Translations under genes and position numbers: made by a program | The notes under the pieces: model-generated | What the model was told of the DNA's origin: nothing | The model's database searches: none | The model's input: the letters and a program-made list of their open reading frames with translations, nothing else | Shown: one piece after another, positions 35,228-41,574 of the stretch | Numbering within the stretch: the stretch's first letter is position 1 | Layout of the letters: every line of letters starts with the position of its first letter | IMG/VR virus record: IMGVR_UViG_3300025697_000048 | Coordinates: 1-41,574 of that record | Reading direction: 5' to 3' (one strand) | From: a virus | Taxonomy: Duplodnaviria; Caudoviricetes | Length of the DNA: 41,574 nt

Positions 35228-36271
35228 ATGGCCGAACCAACCGCATCACTATCGTATCGAGATCTCACGCTCGAGGTCGCGACACGCAAATACATGGGGA
35301 TCCTCAACGTCCGGGACTGGCCGACAGAAACGGAAATCGCGACGGCGACCTGGGCGGGGCACACAACAGCACAAATCGACCAGGCGGTGATATACCTCAA
35401 CGACGCCAAGTCGATCGCGGACGCCGCCTACAAACGCATCCTCGCGGCCCACACCTGGGGATTCCTCACCAAACGGACCACTCTCACCGGATGGGTCACC
35501 AATACCGAAACGGCTGTCGGGGTCCCCACGTACGCCGACCCGGTCTCCACGATCGTCGTGGACGCTGATTTGTTCCTCCCCTCAATGGTGGGGTCGGTAA
35601 TCACGTTCGGGACGTCTGAGACGACCTGGACGATCGCTGAGTACGTGTCGGCGACCAGCGCCCGAGTCACCGGCGACGCGTCGGGGGAAGTCGCCACGCA
35701 AGAAATTACCATCACATCGACCGGATACCAGCGACTGCCCGACGATTTCTCGGGCGAAGTGGTCGACGAAAAGTTCTATCGCAATCCGGACAGTAACGGG
35801 CCGGCGATCGACGAAACGACCATGAGCGAGATACTGACCAAAAGGGGACTGACCGATCTCACACATCAAAACCCATGGCAGTACGGGCTCGAAACCGTCC
35901 AAACGGGCGGATTCACGCGATGGAACGTGTGCTTCTGGCCAGGATGGTCGACCGACACCCTCCTGCACTACCGATACAAAGTGCAGATCGACCTGCTGAC
36001 AAGCGCCAGCGTCGACGGCGACGACGTTACAGATTACCCGCTGGGCGGGGCGAACTTCTCAACGGCTATCAGAGAAGCCTGCATGGCGATCCTCGAAGAG
36101 AATCGAGGCTACGATAAGGGACCGGCCCATACCACGTACAACAACGAACTGGCGATCGCCATCAGACAGGATGGAAAGAACAAACCAGCCAACCAGGGCT
36201 ATAACAAAGATGATTCCGACCGCTCCGCATACCCGCGGAGACACGAACCGGGAATCGTCACGTACCAATAA
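35228..36271 (+). CDS. Head-tail adaptor/connector-like protein
   Basis: AYKRILAAHTWGFL..YQRLPDDF..FWP..Y pattern typical of podophage adaptors; position. Confidence 0.6.
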   Translation: MAEPTASLSYRDLTLEVATRKYMGILNVRDWPTETEIATATWAGHTTAQIDQAVIYLNDAKSIADAAYKRILAAHTWGFLTKRTTLTGWVTNTETAVGVPTYADPVSTIVVDADLFLPSMVGSVITFGTSETTWTIAEYVSATSARVTGDASGEVATQEITITSTGYQRLPDDFSGEVVDEKFYRNPDSNGPAIDETTMSEILTKRGLTDLTHQNPWQYGLETVQTGGFTRWNVCFWPGWSTDTLLHYRYKVQIDLLTSASVDGDDVTDYPLGGANFSTAIREACMAILEENRGYDKGPAHTTYNNELAIAIRQDGKNKPANQGYNKDDSDRSAYPRRHEPGIVTYQ

Positions 36272-36282
36272 GGGCCAGAACA

Positions 36283-36954
36283 ATGATCAGACCAACAGAT
36301 GAACGAGGCCAGGAATCCCCGGTAACCGACACCCCGCAACTGATTACTATCGGGACCACGCCGGGCGGATACTCGATGATCAACGATGGGCCAGCCGAAA
36401 TCTTCTACCGCAAAAAAGACCCCGAAGTCGCGATGAGCGGGACGGCGGAAGAAATAATCGTCGCGGCCACCATCGGCGGGTCAAGATTGAAGATCGGCGA
36501 AATCCGCCGTTTCGCCGCTGGAATTACGCTCGAAGTCGCCTGCGCCACCGGCCTGACCGCCACGCTGCGGATTGCACCCGGCGACGCCGAAACCGGGACC
36601 GGCACGCTGGAGTCGATCCTCGCCGCCCTGGGCGGTGGTGATATTGGCGATGCTATGGACTCTGAGTCGGTGGACCTCGACGCCGGTGCTGCGCAAGAAG
36701 TAATTGCGGCTCCAGCCGCCGGGCACCAGCTCTGGATTTACGGTTACGAAATACATGCAAATGTTCAGGGATCATATCAGTTCTTGTCGGACACAGATGA
36801 GAAGACGGGGACAATGCCAGTAGGTGCTGGCGGTGGTATGGCCAGAGACAGCAAATATCCGATTTTCAAGTGCGGAACTGCGGAGGCTTTGAACATCACG
36901 GCAGTTACGTGCGCCGCGGACGGCATTGTGACCTACAGAGACGTGACGGTGTAA
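36283..36954 (+). CDS. Probable virion structural protein
   Basis: Beta-rich ORF in the tail module. Confidence 0.55.
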   Translation: MIRPTDERGQESPVTDTPQLITIGTTPGGYSMINDGPAEIFYRKKDPEVAMSGTAEEIIVAATIGGSRLKIGEIRRFAAGITLEVACATGLTATLRIAPGDAETGTGTLESILAALGGGDIGDAMDSESVDLDAGAAQEVIAAPAAGHQLWIYGYEIHANVQGSYQFLSDTDEKTGTMPVGAGGGMARDSKYPIFKCGTAEALNITAVTCAADGIVTYRDVTV

Positions 36955-36965
36955 AGGAGCATAAC

Positions 36966-37265
36966 ATGGCAGACACAAAAATGAAAGTTACAGGCCTGGC
37001 TTTGAAAGCCCTTAATCCGAAGGCTGCGAACAAGTTTGAGACGAATGGCGTTGCAGGCCGGGTCATCAATCGTGACGCTGAGACTGACGGCGCCGGTACT
37101 GCCGAGGTGCAGCTAGTCCACCCTGACGGGACGATCACGAAGCTGGCCGATGTGACTATCCCGACGCTGCCCAAGGGCGAGAAGATGTCGCTGCGGGTTC
37201 GTATCTGTGCAGGCATTCGTACGGCTGCTGCTGAGGTTGACGAGGGCGCGTTGGAGAGTAAGTAA
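36966..37265 (+). CDS. Hypothetical protein (99 aa, MADTKMKV..)
   Basis: AAGGAG SD; TAATG coupling to the next gene. Confidence 0.65.
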   Translation: MADTKMKVTGLALKALNPKAANKFETNGVAGRVINRDAETDGAGTAEVQLVHPDGTITKLADVTIPTLPKGEKMSLRVRICAGIRTAAAEVDEGALESK

Positions 37266-38815
37266 TGGCTGGTTATTACTGGCGAAATGCGAATAACGAC
37301 CGAGACGGGACTGATGGTTCCAACTTCGATGATTTTTTTGGTGATCCGTACGCGGAGGGCAACCCGCCTGGACCGATAGATATAGTTGTTTATGATGGCG
37401 GTGAAGATTTCGATGCCAATGATATTGCGGGACTTCCGAATGTCATGGTCGCAAGTATATATAAGATCGAAGTTCACGCCACGTATGCTGTCGGTGCAGG
37501 GGTTGTAGATTTTACAACATTCGCCGTTGCTGCTGTTTGGGAGTTTTTCAGTATTTCTGATGGCATTACTTTGCAAATGAGCGGTACACCAACAATTCTC
37601 CCGGGAGGGGAACTTGCGGGATTTAACACATCCACCCTCGATACTGCCAACCCTCTGACTACAGCCGGAGTATGTTTGATTTCATGGAATCATGGTAATC
37701 TCGACATCTTCGGTGGCATCAACGCCGCACACACAATCACCCACATCAATGGCGCCGGTTCATCCCTCGACTGCGACATTACCGGCACGCTCAATCTTGG
37801 CTCAGTGACAGATACCGGAATAGCGGTGGATATCAACACTGCTGGCACTGTCACGCTTGGTGCTGATGTGTACTGCGGCGATTTTACGCGGACGGCTGGG
37901 GTTCACGATTGGGCAGACTTTAGCGTAACTTGCTCAGGTTCATACGCTGCAACTGGCGGAACACTGGCCAATGCTGGCGAATTGATTATGACCGGGACGG
38001 GTACGCTCGTAACCGGGACTACCAATTTCCCTAATTATCTAACACTTGTCTCCGGGGCGAATGTAACCCTTGGCGCCGCGTCCCGGTCAATCAGCGGCGT
38101 GTGCGTTCCAGAGGGTGCGACGTTTAATCTTCTGGGCTTTATTATGATCGCAATGAATAACTCGCCCTCTGGGATAACTGTCACAGCACCGCACATTGAT
38201 ACTCCAGGAACCGTAACGACCACTACTGGCATACTGCAAATATCACCGAATAGGGCCATTGATAACACTGGTGATGTCTTGGTTCCTGGTGTTAAGGTAG
38301 AGATTCGCGGTTCGGCCGATCTCCTAGTAACACAATCGGGGAGTATGAGTTGTGGTGATATTAATATACGAAGCGATGACACTGGAACGCAGGCGTTTAC
38401 ATGCAACGGTACATTTAACGCTGCTGACGTAACCCTGGGTGTGTCGGCTGGATTGAATCGTTCTGGCGTCCTCACAATTAACGGCATAGCTTCGATGGCT
38501 ACTCTTGCATCTTCCAATGACGCCAATCTTGCCAACGCCATCACCTTCGGCGACGGCTCACACGTTGAGTTCTCCGGTCTTGCCGACTTTGATAATATCG
38601 CGGTGACTGCATCCACTGACATGCCGCCTGAGATCGTATGCGGGCCGGGTGGTAAGGTGACTAACTGTCAACCTGACAATCCCATTGCCCTGTTTGGCGA
38701 CGCGAACGTGGACGGCGGCGGGAACAACGAAAACATCACAAACTTCGTGAACAATCAGGACTATCCAGGCGGATTGATGATGCGTGGCATTGGCGGCGGG
38801 CGGTTGATTGCATGA
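37265..38815 (+). CDS. Beta-helix-like receptor-binding/tailspike candidate
   Basis: G/T/N/D-rich beta-strand repeats; codon usage differs from flanking genes. Confidence 0.55.
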   Translation: MAGYYWRNANNDRDGTDGSNFDDFFGDPYAEGNPPGPIDIVVYDGGEDFDANDIAGLPNVMVASIYKIEVHATYAVGAGVVDFTTFAVAAVWEFFSISDGITLQMSGTPTILPGGELAGFNTSTLDTANPLTTAGVCLISWNHGNLDIFGGINAAHTITHINGAGSSLDCDITGTLNLGSVTDTGIAVDINTAGTVTLGADVYCGDFTRTAGVHDWADFSVTCSGSYAATGGTLANAGELIMTGTGTLVTGTTNFPNYLTLVSGANVTLGAASRSISGVCVPEGATFNLLGFIMIAMNNSPSGITVTAPHIDTPGTVTTTTGILQISPNRAIDNTGDVLVPGVKVEIRGSADLLVTQSGSMSCGDINIRSDDTGTQAFTCNGTFNAADVTLGVSAGLNRSGVLTINGIASMATLASSNDANLANAITFGDGSHVEFSGLADFDNIAVTASTDMPPEIVCGPGGKVTNCQPDNPIALFGDANVDGGGNNENITNFVNNQDYPGGLMMRGIGGGRLIA

Positions 38816-38847
38816 CTCTCTACGACTCACAGGCCGAGTTCCTGGCT

Positions 38848-38880
38848 GCGGAAGGGCAGCGGAAGGGCAGCGGAAGGGCA
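38848..38880 (+). repeat. Tandem (GCGGAAGGGCA)x3
   Basis: Read directly. Confidence 0.9.
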
Positions 38881-38938
38881 TCAAGACGATGGTCGAACGT
38901 GAGTATTGCGGAAATTGAATAGCGAAAGACGTAAAGAT

Positions 38939-39217
38939 ATGGACTTAATCGAAATTGCATCCGCGGCTATAAATGGCACCGTTCTGCTTGGATTCTATAT
39001 CTGGGTGCGTGGGTACCTGATAAAGATGAATCGCGAGGTCGGTGAACTGAAGAGTTGGCAAAACGCGGTGGAGACGCGATGCTACAACCACAATAAACAA
39101 CTCGGGAAACTCTTCGATAAAATCGACTACGTAAAGGACACGGTATCGGCGACTAACGTATCGGCGAGCCGTGTCGAAGGTAAACTGGATGCACTGATAC
39201 TAGATAAAGGAAAATGA
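38939..39217 (+). CDS. Single-TM coiled-coil protein (holin/hemolysin-like)
   Basis: N-terminal hydrophobic helix then coiled coil ending SRVEGKLD. Confidence 0.5.
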   Translation: MDLIEIASAAINGTVLLGFYIWVRGYLIKMNREVGELKSWQNAVETRCYNHNKQLGKLFDKIDYVKDTVSATNVSASRVEGKLDALILDKGK

Positions 39218-39218
39218 C

Positions 39219-39842
39219 ATGAACCACGACACGAGCACAGACACAACCAAATCGCCGAGAGCCCTGAAGATCTTCGCCACCTCGACCGTCCTGGCGATAG
39301 CCGCTGTGTGCCTGCCCGGCTGCACAGATCCAGGCTTCTTCCAGAGAAGCGAAGAGTTGAAGGCCCAGGACGCCGCCCTAGTGGTGCGACTGGCTACTAT
39401 CGAGGCACAACAGGACGCTACATCCACTATGTTGGCCACGGCGACCGGCGAGGCACGCGATAAGTTGATAGTAGTAAGCGACGCCCTGGTGGCCCAAAAA
39501 GCTGTTGTCGTCGAGACGCAGGCCGAAGTCAGGTCACACCAGACGAGTATCGAAACGCTACAGGCGGACGTGGATAAGGCCGACGCTGAGACAATCGACG
39601 CCCTGCGCGATACAATCGGCACACTACCTCCGAGCTACGCATTGCCAGCGGGCCTGATATTCACAACCCTACTCGGATTCTGGCGATCCTGGCAGGCGCG
39701 GCAGAATACCAAGCAAATCGTGCGAGGCGTAGACGAAGTGCTCACTGATGGGCAAAAGGCAGAATTGAGCGGGATCATGCAACCTAAAACTAAACTCGCG
39801 GTACGGTACGCCAAGGGCACAGGGCCCGGATTACCTATCTAG
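39219..39842 (+). CDS. Lipoprotein with coiled coil and C-terminal TM helix (spanin-like)
   Basis: Signal-like VLAIAAVCLPGC; hydrophobic YALPAGLIFTTLLGFW; AAAGGA SD. Confidence 0.55.
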   Translation: MNHDTSTDTTKSPRALKIFATSTVLAIAAVCLPGCTDPGFFQRSEELKAQDAALVVRLATIEAQQDATSTMLATATGEARDKLIVVSDALVAQKAVVVETQAEVRSHQTSIETLQADVDKADAETIDALRDTIGTLPPSYALPAGLIFTTLLGFWRSWQARQNTKQIVRGVDEVLTDGQKAELSGIMQPKTKLAVRYAKGTGPGLPI

Positions 39843-40038
39843 GGCGAAGGATGCGCGAAAAGGTAACGGCGTGGCAACTGTCAACGACTGGCAACTGGCA
39901 ACGGCATAAAAACGACATGAAAACAAACCGACAACAAACGAACGAACTCCAGGACGCCGCTAAAACGTAACGGACTGGCAACGAGAGAAGAACAAAACTA
40001 AAACACTAACCGAACTTGAAGATCAGGAGATTAGAACA

Positions 40039-40701
40039 ATGGGTAACAGTACAGGATCGCACAGATTCAAAGGTCAGCACGCGGCGGCAATGGCCGATGA
40101 AGAAACACTGATTAGCGCCACGCCAGGCGTTGCAACCGCGTCCAAGGCTCTTATCCTCGACGCGGCTGGCGAAGTCGCGTCGGGTACGCTGCTGCTTGGA
40201 CGCGGCGACATGGCGGCCGGCGCCGGGATCACCGCGGCGGTCGGCGGGTTCAGCTATCATCGAGTGACAAAGGTCGGACAACTGTTCAAGACCGAAATAT
40301 TGCTCGATATCACCGGCCTAAACGACGGCGGGGCGGGAGTAACCGCCGCCGTTGTCGGTAAGGACGGCGATGTCGCGAACTGCCATATCGGCCAGATTAA
40401 CGCTTTGATCAACGGCACGATCATCGCCGGGCGAATGACCTGTCTCGAAGCACCCGCCGGCGGGCATGCTGATGTCGACCTGTACACCGCTAACGAGGGC
40501 ACGCTCGCTCAGGATACGGCGATCGCCGCGGCTACCGGAGAAGTCCAGCTCGTCCAGGCGGCGACATGGGCCGACGGCGACATGATACCGCTCGACGCGC
40601 TGCCGCCCGACGAGGATTATCTGATCCTCACTATGGGAACCGCTGGAAGCGATGCCGACTATACCGGTGGCCAGTTCCTGATCGAACTGTGGGGCGTGTA
40701 A
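40039..40701 (+). CDS. Virion structural protein
   Basis: AGGAG SD; TEILLDITGL..IGQI..NG.I..G..CLEAPAGG..DLY..YTGGQFLIELWG jelly-roll-like pattern. Confidence 0.6.
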   Translation: MGNSTGSHRFKGQHAAAMADEETLISATPGVATASKALILDAAGEVASGTLLLGRGDMAAGAGITAAVGGFSYHRVTKVGQLFKTEILLDITGLNDGGAGVTAAVVGKDGDVANCHIGQINALINGTIIAGRMTCLEAPAGGHADVDLYTANEGTLAQDTAIAAATGEVQLVQAATWADGDMIPLDALPPDEDYLILTMGTAGSDADYTGGQFLIELWGV

Positions 40702-40704
40702 TAA

Positions 40705-40745
40705 GGCAGTGATGAATGCGGAATGATGAATGATGAATGAACGGC
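40705..40745 (+). repeat. Repeat family A variant
   Basis: GGCAGTGATGAATGCGGAATGATGAATGATGAATGAACGGC. Confidence 0.9.
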
Positions 40746-40764
40746 AAAGACAACGGCATGGCAA

Positions 40765-40804
40765 GAACGGCATGGCCCCGAAGTACATCGGGACCATGCC
40801 GTTC
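40765..40804. repeat. REP-like 17-bp hairpin
   Basis: GAACGGCATGGCCCCGA-agtaca-TCGGGACCATGCCGTTC, one mismatch. Confidence 0.75.
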
Positions 40805-40815
40805 ATGGTGATCCA

Positions 40816-41541
40816 GTGAGCGATTTTACGCCGAATGAAAATTACCAGAGGCGCAGACTCGGGATACTACCCGACGGCGGGACCGTCATCACAGCTCAGT
40901 TCCCGATCGGAGAACTAACGCTCGAACAATGCGGGCTCATACCCGGGGCGACGATACCACGCGACGACACCGCGGGGATCGTCGGGTCATTCGTCCAACT
41001 CCAGGCCGCAATGAAGATCGCCGTCGTAACGGCTCACAAACCCGACTACGCTTACGCGACGGCGCAGACGCGGGCGGGAGTAGCTACAGGCGCCTATGTG
41101 GACCCCACTACCACCATCACCGCGACGACGGCGATCTTCTACCCATCAATCGCGGGTAAGACCATTACGTTCGATGGGAACCCGTACACCGTGGCGACCT
41201 ACGTGTCGCCGATCGCGATAACGGTTACAGCCGACGCGACGGGAGTCGAAAAGCCGATTACGTTCTCCGAAGGGTCCAGGTTGCTGAACGAAGCGGCTAC
41301 CGACGACTACGAATGGGGTCGCGACGGATGGTGGCGGGCGATCAGGCGATTCCACTGCCTGGCAGGCGATCGAGGCGCGGAGTTTCAATATCTCCGGACC
41401 ACGACGTTCGCGTTCGACGCCGACCCGCTAAACACCGTCGGATATCCGGCGACCGGCGGGGCACGAGCTCGAGATCCAAACTATCCGCACAAGGCGCTGA
41501 TCGTTATGCCGTTCGAGGCGCCGGTCTACGATCGGGACTAA
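40816..41541 (+). CDS. Probable tail protein sharing a beta domain with the adaptor
   Basis: GTG start; internal segment similar to one in 35228-36271. Confidence 0.6.
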   Translation: MSDFTPNENYQRRRLGILPDGGTVITAQFPIGELTLEQCGLIPGATIPRDDTAGIVGSFVQLQAAMKIAVVTAHKPDYAYATAQTRAGVATGAYVDPTTTITATTAIFYPSIAGKTITFDGNPYTVATYVSPIAITVTADATGVEKPITFSEGSRLLNEAATDDYEWGRDGWWRAIRRFHCLAGDRGAEFQYLRTTTFAFDADPLNTVGYPATGGARARDPNYPHKALIVMPFEAPVYDRD

Positions 41542-41574
41542 CAGACTGGCAACTGTAAACGACTGGTCCCGATG

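Noticed and set aside
35086-35568. 160-aa plus-strand ORF overlapping the adaptor gene
   Set aside because: Runs through a terminator and tandem repeats, then is an Arg-rich off-frame shadow
1-41574. Diversity-generating retroelement or retron
   Set aside because: No reverse transcriptase motif and no TR/VR pair with adenine-specific mismatches noticed
1-41574. Integrase, att sites, tRNA or terminal redundancy
   Set aside because: No recombinase motifs or cloverleaf recognised; window ends do not overlap, so completeness and lifestyle cannot be stated

Overview
The window is most of the genome of a podovirus-like dsDNA phage (or prophage). All credible genes are on the + strand, and the sequence is opened within the tail module. 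Order: tail-collar protein, GT32-type glycosyltransferase, two probable ejection proteins (758 aa, and a 2625-aa polyvalent protein with HExxH, ART-like and SAP-like parts), then an early/accessory region. That region holds a Cro-like HTH, a 3D-domain protein, a ParB-family protein, an RyR-domain fusion, adenine and cytosine methyltransferases, a DUF5131/gp37gp68 protein, a Fis-type HTH and a replication initiator-like protein with iteron-like repeats. It is followed by a consensus sigma70 promoter with a structured leader, then TerS, a split TerL, portal, scaffold, major capsid, head/tail proteins and lysis-like membrane proteins. I saw no integrase, tRNA, CRISPR array or reverse transcriptase. 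Most notable observations: (i) an Acb2/Tad1-like helix fused to an RyR domain, a candidate anti-defence nucleotide sponge; (ii) a C5 methyltransferase whose motif IX/TRD is encoded in an overlapping frame; (iii) a TerS that needs a -1 shift at A-AAA-AAG, and a TerL split into ATPase and nuclease genes; (iv) several dispersed intergenic repeat families that bracket gene cassettes, two copies of which carry tiny TSD-less insertions; (v) a gene apparently nested inside the 3D-domain gene. All family assignments come from motif recognition by eye, not from database searches. A PVC/Planctomycetota-like host is only a weak guess from repeat style.
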